A DNA stretch of 64,000 nt from Polyangiales bacterium (GTDB lineage Bacteria; Myxococcota_A; Polyangia; Polyangiales; JADJQN01): assembly GCA_964202905.1 (NCBI GenBank), contig CAXNJO010000002.1, forward strand, positions 352,001 through 416,000, written 5' to 3'. Shown here one piece after another: positions 40,792-50,102 of the stretch. Below the pieces are notes generated by a model. That model ran no database searches. It saw nothing but the letters and a program-made list of their open reading frames with translations, and had not been told where the DNA came from. Both the position numbers and the translations under genes were made by a program. Position 1 is the stretch's first letter; the number at the start of each line of letters is the position of its first letter.

Positions 40792-41721
40792 TCAGCCGCC
40801 GACCTCCGCCTCGCTCGCGAAGTGCACGAGCGAGCGGAACGCCGCGTACCGTTCGGCGATCTGCGCGCGCTCCACGGTCGCGAGGCGCTCGATGCCGATC
40901 CCCTCGACGCAGAAGCTCGCGAGCGCGCTCCCGTAGACGACCGCGCGGCGCAGCGTGCCGTGGCGCAGGTCGTCGTGCGCCGCGATGTAGCCGAGCAACC
41001 CGCCGGCGAACGTGTCGCCCGCGCCCGTCGGATCGACCACCTCGCCCGTCGGGTACGCCGGGGCGCTGAAGATCTCGTCCCCCTCGAAGAGCACCGCGCC
41101 GTGCTCGCCCTTCTTGATCACGACGATGCGCGGACCGAGCGTCATCAGCACGCGCGCCGCCTTCACGAGGTTGTTCACGCCCGAGAGCTCGCGCGCCTCC
41201 TCGTCGTTGACGACGAGCAGGTCGACCTCGGCGAGGGTCTTCTCGAGCGCCGCGCGCTCACCGCCGATCCAGAAGTTCATCGTGTCGGCGACGACGAGGC
41301 GTGGCTTGACCACCTGGCGCAGCACGTCGAGCTGGAGCGCGGGGTGGATGTTGCCGAGCATCACGTACGGCGTGTCGCGGAACGCGTCGGGGATCTTCGG
41401 GCTGAACTGCGCGAACACGTTGAGCGCCGTGCAGAGGCTGGTGCGCGAGGAGAGGTCCTCGGCGTAGCGCCCCTCCCAGTGGAAGGTGTCGCCGCTCATG
41501 TCGACCTCGAGGCCCGACGTGTCGACGCCGCGGGCGCGGAAACGCTCGATGGCGGACTCCGGGTAATCACGGCCGACGACGCCCACGAGCCGCACGGGCG
41601 CGAAGTGCGACGCCGCGAGGGACGCGTACGTGGCGGAGCCGCCGAGCACCTTCTCGAAGGAGCCCGTGGGCATGTGGAGCGTGTCGAACGCGACGGAACC
41701 GACGACCAGCATGGACGACAT
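40792..41721 (-). CDS. PfkB/ribokinase family kinase
   Basis: VGSVAFD, LGGSA, VNDEEA, KKGEHG, DPTGAGDTFAGG. Confidence 0.92.
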   Translation of the reverse strand: MSSMLVVGSVAFDTLHMPTGSFEKVLGGSATYASLAASHFAPVRLVGVVGRDYPESAIERFRARGVDTSGLEVDMSGDTFHWEGRYAEDLSSRTSLCTALNVFAQFSPKIPDAFRDTPYVMLGNIHPALQLDVLRQVVKPRLVVADTMNFWIGGERAALEKTLAEVDLLVVNDEEARELSGVNNLVKAARVLMTLGPRIVVIKKGEHGAVLFEGDEIFSAPAYPTGEVVDPTGAGDTFAGGLLGYIAAHDDLRHGTLRRAVVYGSALASFCVEGIGIERLATVERAQIAERYAAFRSLVHFASEAEVGG

Positions 41722-41838
41722 GGAGCGTGCTCCTCTCGGGGACTTGCGAGGGCGCGCAGGCCGGGGCCCGACACGCCGCGGGGTTGACCGCGCGGGCGTC
41801 CCGCCTCGGAGGGCGCGGGGCGCGGCGCGCGGCGGAGG

Positions 41839-42696
41839 TCAGAGATAGCGGCCGGCGAGCGGCGCGAGCTTCGCGCGGGCGGCCGCGTCGATGTCCTCGC
41901 GGCTCGTGAGGATCGCGTGATGGAGGGCGTTCGTCGCGGGGCTCAGCGCGGGGTCCGGGACGTACTTCGTGAGGGCGCGCAGGACCGCCTGCGCCTTGCG
42001 GACGTTCTCGGAGAGCACGGCGATCACCGCCTCGACGCTCACCTCGGCCTCCACCTGATGCCAGCAGTCGTAATCGGTCGCGAGCGCGATCGACGCGTAC
42101 GGCAGCTCTGCCTCGCGCGCGAGTTTCGCCTCGGGCAGGTTCGTCATGCCGATGACGTCGACGCCCCACGAGCGGTAGAGGTTCGACTCGGCGCGCGTGG
42201 AGAACTGCGGCCCCTCCATGCAGACGTACGTGCCGCCCTTGTGGGCGCGCGCGCCCGTCTCGACGGCGGCGCGGTAGAGCGCGTCGCGCAGCGCCGCGTC
42301 GACGGGGTCACCGAAGGACACGTGGGCGACGACGCCGATGTCCTCGAAGAACGTCGAGGCGCGCTGCCGCGTGCGGTCGATGAACTGATCGACGAGCACG
42401 AGGTCGCCGGGGCGGATCGACTCCTTCATCGAGCCGACGGCCGACACCGCGACGAGCTGCTCGGCCCCGAGCTGCTTCAGCGCGAGGATGTTCGCGCGGT
42501 AGTTGATCTGGTGCGGCGCGACGCGGTGTCCGCGCCCGTGGCGCGGCAGGAAGAGGAAGCGCACCCCCTCGAGCATCCCCTCGAACACGACGTCCGACGG
42601 CTCGCCGTAGGTCGTGGTCACGCGGTGCTCGCGGACGTCCGCGAGGCCATCCATCCGATAGAGCCCGCTGCCGCCGATCACGCCGAGGGTACGCAC
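41839..42696 (-). CDS. mtnP: S-methyl-5'-thioadenosine phosphorylase
   Basis: GVIGGSGLY, LPRHGRGH, NYRANI, DQFIDRT, EGPQFSTRAES, GMTNLPEAKLAREA, TDYDCW. Confidence 0.93.
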   Translation of the reverse strand: MRTLGVIGGSGLYRMDGLADVREHRVTTTYGEPSDVVFEGMLEGVRFLFLPRHGRGHRVAPHQINYRANILALKQLGAEQLVAVSAVGSMKESIRPGDLVLVDQFIDRTRQRASTFFEDIGVVAHVSFGDPVDAALRDALYRAAVETGARAHKGGTYVCMEGPQFSTRAESNLYRSWGVDVIGMTNLPEAKLAREAELPYASIALATDYDCWHQVEAEVSVEAVIAVLSENVRKAQAVLRALTKYVPDPALSPATNALHHAILTSREDIDAAARAKLAPLAGRYL

Positions 42697-42777
42697 ATCG
42701 ATCTCCCTGAAAAACGGGCCGACCCTAACACGCGACGCCCTCCCCGCAACGGACGTCGCGCGCCGGTGTCGGGGCCG

Positions 42778-44259
42778 TCAGGGCGTGCAGGTCCCGGCGA
42801 ACTCGTCGTAGTTGCACGACCACGCGGGACCGAAGGGCACGGTCCCGAAGAGGTCGGGCGCGCGCGCCGTGATCGTGCCGAGCGGGTAGACCGTGCAATC
42901 GATGCCGCAGGTGCCGTTGAAGAACACGACGTCCGCGACGTACCAGTTGTCGTTCGGCGGGCCGCCACCGAACCCGCCCGACGAGCGCAGCGTCACGAAC
43001 GGGTCGCTGCCGAAGCTGCCGCGGAGCGCGCCGCCGCAGTAGATGTTGACCGTCGGGTGCGTCTCCGGTGCGCCGGAGTAGTAGTTGACCATCACGCGAT
43101 ACGGCATCCCGACGACCGGGATGTCGACGTTGATGTTCTCGGGCGCGCAGAACGCGTCGAGATCCGGGTCGGTCACCGAGCCGTCGCAGGCGCCGTCGGT
43201 GCCGTTCGTGTCGACGTCGAGGCGCGGGTTGCGACAGTAGCCGAGACCACGCCAGGTCGCGCCGCCCCCGTGGGGCGCGTCACCGCAGATCGACGCGAAA
43301 TCCGTCGTCGTGTTCGCGTGGTCGGACCAGGAGATGGCGTCGTCGGGCTGGCAGGTCGCGTAGTAGCAATCGTCGTCGTTGTACCAGTCGGTGTCCCCGC
43401 CGTTCTTCGTCCAACGGTGCAGGTGCAGGTCCATGTCCACGCCGCCCGCGGTGTCGAGCATCGTGTCCCAGTTGAGCTCGACGCGGAGGCCCGACCCCTG
43501 CACGTACACGGTCCACGCGCAGCCGGCCGGCGAGCCGTCATCGGTCGTCACCTGCACGCTCACGCGGTAGGCGCCCGAGGCGGTGAAGTAGACGCTGGTG
43601 TCGCGCGAGTTGGGATCCGCGGGCGCCGGGCACAGCTCGGCGGGCACGGAGGCCGGACACTCGATGTTCCAGCGCCAGTTCGAGCCCGTGCCCGTGTAGA
43701 CACGGCCTCCCAAGAGCGGGAAGTTCGAGAGCGGCGGGGCGTTCTCGTTGCCGGGGCAGGTGACGGCGGACGAGCAGCCGGGGAGGCCCTCGTCGGTGAT
43801 GTTGTTGCAGTCGTTGTCCGCGCCGTCGCAGAGCTCGGGGCTCGGGATGACGTCGGTGAAACACTCGCTCCAGATGAGGAACTCGGTGCACGTCTCGATG
43901 CCGTCGGCGCAGACGCCGATGTTGCGGCGATCGGGCGGGCCACCGAAGCACGGACGCGTCACGCCGGGCGCGGGGCACATGCAGCCCTCGTCGACCTGCC
44001 CGTTGCAGTTGTCGTCGAGGCCGTTGCCCTCGCCCGTGTCGCCACAGCTCTCGACCGGGCCGCAGCTCGGCACGCAGACGTTCACGGGCCCGCCGAAGTC
44101 GACGCCGCCGTCGACGAGCGGCGTGAAGCCGTCGCGCGGGCCGAGGTCGACGCCGCCGCGGCCACGGGGCGTGCCGCGCGTCGAGCAGGAGCAGCCACTG
44201 ACCGCGAAGACCGCGGCGAGCGCGAAGGCGAGCGGAAGCGAAGGGAGACGGCTGGACAT
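42778..44259 (-). CDS. Lipoprotein with Cys/Asp metal-binding repeats and a YfaP-like C-terminal domain
   Basis: VSG|CSC; GLDDNCNGQVDEGC, CDGADNDCNNITDEG; LRVELNW...DMDLHL...PRLDVD...PENINV...YRVMVNYY. Confidence 0.78.
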   Translation of the reverse strand: MSSRLPSLPLAFALAAVFAVSGCSCSTRGTPRGRGGVDLGPRDGFTPLVDGGVDFGGPVNVCVPSCGPVESCGDTGEGNGLDDNCNGQVDEGCMCPAPGVTRPCFGGPPDRRNIGVCADGIETCTEFLIWSECFTDVIPSPELCDGADNDCNNITDEGLPGCSSAVTCPGNENAPPLSNFPLLGGRVYTGTGSNWRWNIECPASVPAELCPAPADPNSRDTSVYFTASGAYRVSVQVTTDDGSPAGCAWTVYVQGSGLRVELNWDTMLDTAGGVDMDLHLHRWTKNGGDTDWYNDDDCYYATCQPDDAISWSDHANTTTDFASICGDAPHGGGATWRGLGYCRNPRLDVDTNGTDGACDGSVTDPDLDAFCAPENINVDIPVVGMPYRVMVNYYSGAPETHPTVNIYCGGALRGSFGSDPFVTLRSSGGFGGGPPNDNWYVADVVFFNGTCGIDCTVYPLGTITARAPDLFGTVPFGPAWSCNYDEFAGTCTP

Positions 44260-44401
44260 CGGGGCACCCGGTGAGCCGCGCATCGCGCGGCGCTGGAGGA
44301 CGAGGCGACGCGGGGCCACGGACGCCGCGCGCAGGGCTCGACGACTCTCGCACGAGTGCGGCGAAGGCGTCGAGGGGGCCGCTCCCCCGCGGGCGGAGGC
44401 G

Positions 44402-46027
44402 TCAGCGCCAGAGGCGCGCGATCTCACCCGAGCGCACGAGGAGCACGAGCGCGACGAGCACGGTCGTGACGCCCGCCGCGATCGCGCCGAGGGGCGCGAG
44501 CCAGGGGGTCACGCCGAGCGCGACGAGAGCGAGCCCGGCGCCCGGCAGCAGCGACGCCGCGAGCCCGGCCCGCGCGCCGAGCAGCGCACCGAACATCCCC
44601 CGCGCGGCTAGGGCGAGGCCCCCCGCGGCGAGGGCCGTGAGCAGCGCGAGGGCCGCGAGGAGCGTCTGCGCCGCGACCCTGCCGCCGGGCGCCTTCGCGG
44701 CCGCGACCGCGAGGAGGCTCCCATCGACCGGCACCGTCATCCCGCGCACGAGCACCTGCCGCGTCTGCGCGATCGGCAGGTCCATGAGCGCCGCGTGATC
44801 GGGCCGCATGATGCGCGTGACGACACCCTCCTCGACGCCGAGCGCGACGTCCGCGGGCCCGCCGTAATACGTGAAATGCGGCTCGATCAGCATCGCGCGC
44901 TCGCCGGCGAAGCGCAGCGACAGGTCACGCAGCTCCCCGGCGCGCACGCGCATGAAGCCGCTGCGCAGGCGGTCGCGCTCGAGGCGCTGGCTCACCGTCT
45001 CGAACTCGGTCTCGTAGACGCGCAGCGACGAGAGGGGGCGCGTCTCCTCGCGGGCTTCCGAGAACGCGCCCGTCCCGACGAGCGCCATCACGACGAGCGA
45101 CGCGACGAGCGCGTACGCGAGCGGACCGAGGAGCGCGGTGGCGGCCTGCCCGCGAGTGCTGCGTGCGCGCGCCTGCGCGTCGAGGGCGCCGGTGGCCCCG
45201 CTCGCGGCGGCGATCGGCGCGACGGCCGACACGAGCGCGGCCCGCGCGATCTCCCCGACGAGCGCCCCCGACCACGCCCCCGTCTGCGCAGCGCCGGAGA
45301 ATGCGTCGCCGAGCGCACGCGCGAACACGGCGAGCGCCCGCTCCGGCCGGGCGAGCGCCGCGAGCAGCGCGACGCCACCGACGAGCAGCAGCGCGACGAG
45401 CACGACGTAGCCCGCGAACGTCCCGACGCGCCGCCCGTCCGCGAGCCCGATCGCGACGGCGAGCACGGCGGCGGCCGCCACGATCGCGCGCGCGCCCTCC
45501 GGCACGAGCCCGCGGGCCGCTTCCTCGAGCGCCTCGCCCTGTGCGCCGCCCCCCCACGCGAGCGCGGTGACACCGACGAGCCCGAGCAGCGCCCACCCGA
45601 TCGGCCGCCATCCCCCGTCGCGCACGAGCCGCGCCGCGAGCGAGCCGGGCACGCCCGCTGCCGCGGCACCCGCCGGCGCGGTACGCGCGAGGAGCGCCTC
45701 GCCGACGCGCAGCGGCGCGATGAGCAGCGCCGCGAGCCACACCCACGGCAGCACCCCCGGCCCACCGAGCGAGACGGCCGTCGCCGCGCCGAGCGCCGCG
45801 GCCGCACCGTGGGCCGCCGCGACCGAGAGCGCCGCGGCCGCCGCCGGCGGCATCGCGCCGGGCGTCTCCGCGTCCTCCGCGGCGAGCCCCTGCCAGGCCG
45901 CCTTCAGGCGGAGCACCTGCGGCAGCCCGAGCCGCAGCGTCAGCACCGCGCCCGCGAGCAGCAGCACCGGCGCGACGCCCCACAGCCACACGAGCTCCCG
46001 GACCGAATTCAGCGCGTGCAAATCCAT
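44402..46027 (-). CDS. Highly diverged alanine/glycine:cation symporter (AGCS)-like membrane protein
   Basis: LTLRLGLPQ, ATAVSLGGPGVLPWVW, EALLA, AQARARSTRGQA; many TM segments. Confidence 0.7.
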   Translation of the reverse strand: MDLHALNSVRELVWLWGVAPVLLLAGAVLTLRLGLPQVLRLKAAWQGLAAEDAETPGAMPPAAAAALSVAAAHGAAAALGAATAVSLGGPGVLPWVWLAALLIAPLRVGEALLARTAPAGAAAAGVPGSLAARLVRDGGWRPIGWALLGLVGVTALAWGGGAQGEALEEAARGLVPEGARAIVAAAAVLAVAIGLADGRRVGTFAGYVVLVALLLVGGVALLAALARPERALAVFARALGDAFSGAAQTGAWSGALVGEIARAALVSAVAPIAAASGATGALDAQARARSTRGQAATALLGPLAYALVASLVVMALVGTGAFSEAREETRPLSSLRVYETEFETVSQRLERDRLRSGFMRVRAGELRDLSLRFAGERAMLIEPHFTYYGGPADVALGVEEGVVTRIMRPDHAALMDLPIAQTRQVLVRGMTVPVDGSLLAVAAAKAPGGRVAAQTLLAALALLTALAAGGLALAARGMFGALLGARAGLAASLLPGAGLALVALGVTPWLAPLGAIAAGVTTVLVALVLLVRSGEIARLWR

Positions 46028-46114
46028 GTGGGTCGCGGCCTTAGCAGCAGGGTGCACCCGCCGCCAGACACCCGGGCCGCAGCGCCCCGCGGGGTCGCGT
46101 GCGCGCCGCGCGGC

Positions 46115-46531
46115 TCACGGACGCGCGTAGGGCGCGCGCTCGATCGCGACCTCGGCCGTCTGCGCGACGCCCGCGTCGGCCGCCCCCGCGCGCTCGACCG
46201 TCAGCCGCACGCGGGTGCCGACCTCCCCCCGCAGCTCCGCGACGACCTCCGCCACCGGACGCCCCGACACGGGCACGGCGTCGATCGCGACGATGCGGTC
46301 GTCCGCGCGCAGCCCCGCACGCTGCGCCGGGCCCTCGGGCACCGAGACGACGCGGAGCCCGCGCTCCGCGGACCACGCGAGCTGCGCGTGGATGCCGCCG
46401 CGCCACCCGCCACCGCAGCCCGCGAGCACGAGCACGAACGACAACCCGACCATCCGCAGCGCAGCGAGGACGTGCTGGGCCGCGGCGATGCGCGGCACCC
46501 CGGGGCGAGCGACCGCGCGCGACGGCGTCAT
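46115..46531 (-). CDS. Small PDZ-domain protein (possible lipoprotein)
   Basis: VLAG|C; GPAQRAGLRADDRIVAID...LRGEVGTRVRLTVER; ATGA overlap with the upstream gene. Confidence 0.8.
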   Translation of the reverse strand: MTPSRAVARPGVPRIAAAQHVLAALRMVGLSFVLVLAGCGGGWRGGIHAQLAWSAERGLRVVSVPEGPAQRAGLRADDRIVAIDAVPVSGRPVAEVVAELRGEVGTRVRLTVERAGAADAGVAQTAEVAIERAPYARP

Positions 46532-48000
46532 CCCGCGTCCACGCCGACGTCGCCCGGACTTCCCGAATCTCCCGAATCTCCCGCATCTCCCGGCTCTCCC
46601 GCGTCGGGTGTCGCAGCGCCCGCGTCGGGACGGGACGGGCGCACCCCGGGCACGACCACGCGCACGGTCAGGCGACGCAGCACGAGTGTCCCGCCACGCA
46701 GCTCGAGCGTGAGGCGAAACGCCTGGTCGTAGTCCGCCTCGCGGACGGTCTCGTTCCGCAAGATCGCCGCGACCGCCACGCGCGTGCCGGCGCGCACATC
46801 GGTGAAGGTGTCGAGGACACCGTCACCCGCAGGGCGCCGATCGGCGCGGCCGGGCGCGGGCGCGCCGGGCGCAGGCGTCGCCTCGCGGGCCTCGACCGCG
46901 CGCACGAAGCGCAGCGGGTCGCCGACCGCCTCGCCCCACACCTCGTCGTAGGCGACCGAATCGACCAGTGACACGACGGCGTCGACCAACGCCTCCGAGA
47001 GCCCCGTGCCGTCCGCGGCGATGTCGAAGACGAGCGGGCAGCGCCCGCCGACCGCCCCCCGCGGCGCGCCGCCGAGCCCCGTCGCGCATCGGCCATCGGG
47101 GCCGGGCGGGACCGTCGCGCCGGTCGCCGTCGCGAGAGCCTCGAGGTGGGACCGCGCCGGGTCGCCGCTCGCGACGCCGATCACCGCGATGCCGTTCTCC
47201 TGCAGCGCCGTGGTCGCCTCCGCGAGGGAGTGCGCGCCCCGCACGGACCCGGCGTAATCGGCCGGCTCGTGCGTCGGCGCGTCCGTGACGTGGAGCACGA
47301 CGCGCAACGAGCCATCACGAAAGCCCACGCCCCCCTGCGAGGCGCCGCGCGCATCCCGCGACGGCGCGTACGGCGCCACCCACGGCGCGAAGCCCGCCCC
47401 GGTGGCGATCTGGTAGAGCGCCTCGGCCCCCGACTCCGCGATGTCGCCGCCGTTCCCGAGCGGCGCGTCGAGCGACGCCACCGCGCTCGCGAGTAGCGCG
47501 TTCGACGTGGTGAGCGCGCGCACCAGGGTGAACGGCCGATCGCTCGGCGCGCCGAAGGGCGGGAGCGGGACGTCCTCGAAGCGCGTCACGGCGAAGGCGA
47601 CGTCGTCCACGCGCGCGGCGAGGCGCGGCGTCACGACGGTGAGCACGTCGCGCTGCAGCGCGTCGATCTCGCCACCGAAGCTCCCCGTGGTGTCGATCGA
47701 GAACACGACGTCGAGGCGCGTGAGGTCGGCGCTGATCTCGAGGGGCACCTCGACGGCGGGCGCACCGAAGGGCAGCACGACCTCGAGATCCGCGGGCGGC
47801 AGCGCGGCCGCGTCGGCGCGTCCGCCGAGATCGGGCGGAGGTTCGACGAGGCCGGCGTCGAGCGACGCGTCGGGCGATACCGCAGCGTCCCCGCGCCGCA
47901 GGCCGAGATCGAGCCCGGGCGCCGCTGGCGGACGCCCCTCGCCGCACCCCGCGACGAGCAGGGCGAGGCCGAGCGCACCCGGTGCGAACGTCCCGCGCAT
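46528..48000 (-). CDS. VWA-domain lipoprotein
   Basis: LVAG|C; VVFSIDTTGSF MIDAS-like motif, GGDIAES, GFR...VVLHVTDAP; D-x-G-rich ends. Confidence 0.8.
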   Translation of the reverse strand: MRGTFAPGALGLALLVAGCGEGRPPAAPGLDLGLRRGDAAVSPDASLDAGLVEPPPDLGGRADAAALPPADLEVVLPFGAPAVEVPLEISADLTRLDVVFSIDTTGSFGGEIDALQRDVLTVVTPRLAARVDDVAFAVTRFEDVPLPPFGAPSDRPFTLVRALTTSNALLASAVASLDAPLGNGGDIAESGAEALYQIATGAGFAPWVAPYAPSRDARGASQGGVGFRDGSLRVVLHVTDAPTHEPADYAGSVRGAHSLAEATTALQENGIAVIGVASGDPARSHLEALATATGATVPPGPDGRCATGLGGAPRGAVGGRCPLVFDIAADGTGLSEALVDAVVSLVDSVAYDEVWGEAVGDPLRFVRAVEAREATPAPGAPAPGRADRRPAGDGVLDTFTDVRAGTRVAVAAILRNETVREADYDQAFRLTLELRGGTLVLRRLTVRVVVPGVRPSRPDAGAATPDAGEPGDAGDSGDSGSPGDVGVDAG

Positions 48001-48107
48001 CGGGGAATCCTCGCACGCGGCTCCGCGACTGGCAGCGGGATTCTCGCGCGGTCGCGCCGACGCCGCCCAAGGCCCCCCCGCCGCGGGTGTCCATCACCGC
48101 ACAACGA

Positions 48108-48135
48108 TTGACACCCCGGGTCGGGCAGGTAGCAT
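48108..48135 (+). promoter_or_regulatory. Sigma70-type promoter of the FHA gene
   Basis: TTGACA-16 nt-TAGCAT; the same ATTGACACCCCG 12-mer recurs at 50006-50017. Confidence 0.55.
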
Positions 48136-48182
48136 GCGGCCTCGATCCGGCCCCCCGCCACGCCACGGACCCCCAGAGCGAG

Positions 48183-49868
48183 ATGCACAAGCTCGTCATC
48201 TCCGACGACGAAGGTAAGACGACCGTCGTTCCGCTCGTCCGTGACGAAATCACGATCGGGCGCAAGGAAGGCAACACGATCCGCCTCACCGAGCGGAACG
48301 TATCGCGTCGTCACGCGCGCCTGCGGCGCTCGAACGGCGCCTACCTGATCGAGGACCTCGAGTCGTACAACGGCATCAAGGTCAACGGCCGGCGCATCGA
48401 GAAGACCCTCGAACTCAAGCCCGGCGATCAGGTCGGCATCGGCGACTACCTGATCGCCCTGCAGGACGAGTCCGCGGACGCACCGAGCGTCGCCGACGCC
48501 CCGACCGCGGCGCTCTCGCAGCCGCCCCCAAGCCCCACCACGGGCGATCCGCCCACGGCGATGATCGCCGCCCCGACCGTCCCGGGGCCGCCCGCGCGCC
48601 TCGTGATGATCTCGCCCCCCGCGCCGGGCGCTGAGTTCGCGTTTCAGCGCATGAAGACGCGCGTCGGGCGCGCCGAGGACCTCGAGGTCTGCGTCAACCA
48701 CCGCTCGATCAGCCGGGAGCACGCGGAGTTCGTGCGCGATGGCGACCGCCTTCGGCTCGTCGACCTCGGCAGCGCCAACGGCACCCGCGTCAACGGCCGC
48801 GACGTGACCGATCTCCACGTCTCCCCCGGTGACGTGATCGAGCTGGGGCAGGTGCGCTTCCGCTTCGTCGGCGAGGGCGAGGCCTATCACTTCGACGCCG
48901 CGCAGACGATGCAGGTCGACGCGCTGGTGATGCCGGCCGCCCCGCCCTCGCGGACGCCGCTCTTCCTCGGCGTCGGGATCGTCGCGGCCGCCCTCATCGG
49001 CACGGTCGCCTTCGTCGCGTTGTCGGGCGGCGACTCCGAGGGGGAGATCACCGCGACGGCCGTCCCGACCGTGGCGCCCGGTGTCCCGGTCGCCGCCGCC
49101 GCGCCCGAGGGAGCGGCCTACGCGACAGCGCTCGCGGCGTGCCGCGGTGCCCTTGGTGCCGGGCAGTTCGACGTCGCGCTCGCGCAGGCCGGGGCGGCGC
49201 TCGCGGCCCGCCCGGGCGACGCGGATGCCGCGGCGTGTCAGCGGGCAGCAGCCACGGCGCTCGAGCAGCAGACGGCGGGCGCTGCACGCGGGCTGGTCGG
49301 CCGCGCGCGGGCTGCGCTCGCGACCGACGCGGCCGAGGCCTCCCGGCTGGCCGGCGAGGTGCTCGCGATGGCGAACGCGCCCGCCGAGGCGCGCACGGAA
49401 GCCCGATCGGTCCTGGCGCCAGGCGCGCAGCCGCAGCGGAGCCTCCGCCGCGGCACGCGCGTCGCCGCGCCCGCACGCCCGCGGCGCGCCGCCGCGCGCG
49501 CGCCGGCTCCGCACCGGCGCGCTCGGCGCGCGCCGCGGCGCAGCCGCTGCGCCCGGCGCCCGGCGGCCGCAGTCCGCTGCGCCGACTGCGCCGCCACGCC
49601 GCCGAGCTGTCCCGCGCCGGCCCCCGAGGCCGGACCGAGCGATCGCCTCGAGCGCGCCCGCCAATTGATGCTCCAGGGCAACAACAACGGCGTCATCGCG
49701 CTCCTGCAGGGCGCGCGCTCGCAGCAGGAGCTCGAGCTGCTCATCGCGACCTATCAGAACGTCGGCAACACCCCGGCGAAGCTGGCCGCGATGCAACGCT
49801 ACATCGACCGCTACCCGACGACGCCGAAGGCCCGGCAGTACCAGCAGGTCCTGCTGCGCCAGCAGTAG
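48183..49868 (+). CDS. Tandem-FHA membrane protein with helical/TPR-like C-terminus
   Basis: IGR...NVSRRHA...DLESYNG and VGR...SISREHA...DLGSANGT; one TM. The Arg-rich stretch at about 49420-49610 looks out of frame (compensated indels). Confidence 0.85.
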   Translation: MHKLVISDDEGKTTVVPLVRDEITIGRKEGNTIRLTERNVSRRHARLRRSNGAYLIEDLESYNGIKVNGRRIEKTLELKPGDQVGIGDYLIALQDESADAPSVADAPTAALSQPPPSPTTGDPPTAMIAAPTVPGPPARLVMISPPAPGAEFAFQRMKTRVGRAEDLEVCVNHRSISREHAEFVRDGDRLRLVDLGSANGTRVNGRDVTDLHVSPGDVIELGQVRFRFVGEGEAYHFDAAQTMQVDALVMPAAPPSRTPLFLGVGIVAAALIGTVAFVALSGGDSEGEITATAVPTVAPGVPVAAAAPEGAAYATALAACRGALGAGQFDVALAQAGAALAARPGDADAAACQRAAATALEQQTAGAARGLVGRARAALATDAAEASRLAGEVLAMANAPAEARTEARSVLAPGAQPQRSLRRGTRVAAPARPRRAAARAPAPHRRARRAPRRSRCARRPAAAVRCADCAATPPSCPAPAPEAGPSDRLERARQLMLQGNNNGVIALLQGARSQQELELLIATYQNVGNTPAKLAAMQRYIDRYPTTPKARQYQQVLLRQQ

Positions 49869-49909
49869 CCCGGAGACGGCCCCCGCGGCGCCGCCTTCGC
49901 GACGCAAGC

Positions 49910-49977
49910 GCAGCGGTGTCGCAGTCGCAACGGCGTCGCAACTGCAACGACGTCGCAACTGCAACGACGTCGCGATC
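49910..49977 (+). repeat. Four tandem 17-bp quasi-palindromic units
   Basis: GCAGCGGTGTCGCAGTC / GCAACGGCGTCGCAACT / GCAACGACGTCGCAACT / GCAACGACGTCGCGATC. Confidence 0.8.
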
Positions 49978-50102
49978 GCGACGGACCTGCACGGCCCCCA
50001 GTCGAATTGACACCCCGCGGATGTGCGTGTTACGCGCACCGCTGCAAAGCGGCCGTGTGCGCTCGTGCGCGCCCAGGCCCACGACAGCCATCAGGAGGCG
50101 AG

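Noticed and set aside
49910..49977. CRISPR-like repeat array (also 59685-59770)
   Set aside because: Units are contiguous 17-mers without unique spacers, and no cas genes are present.
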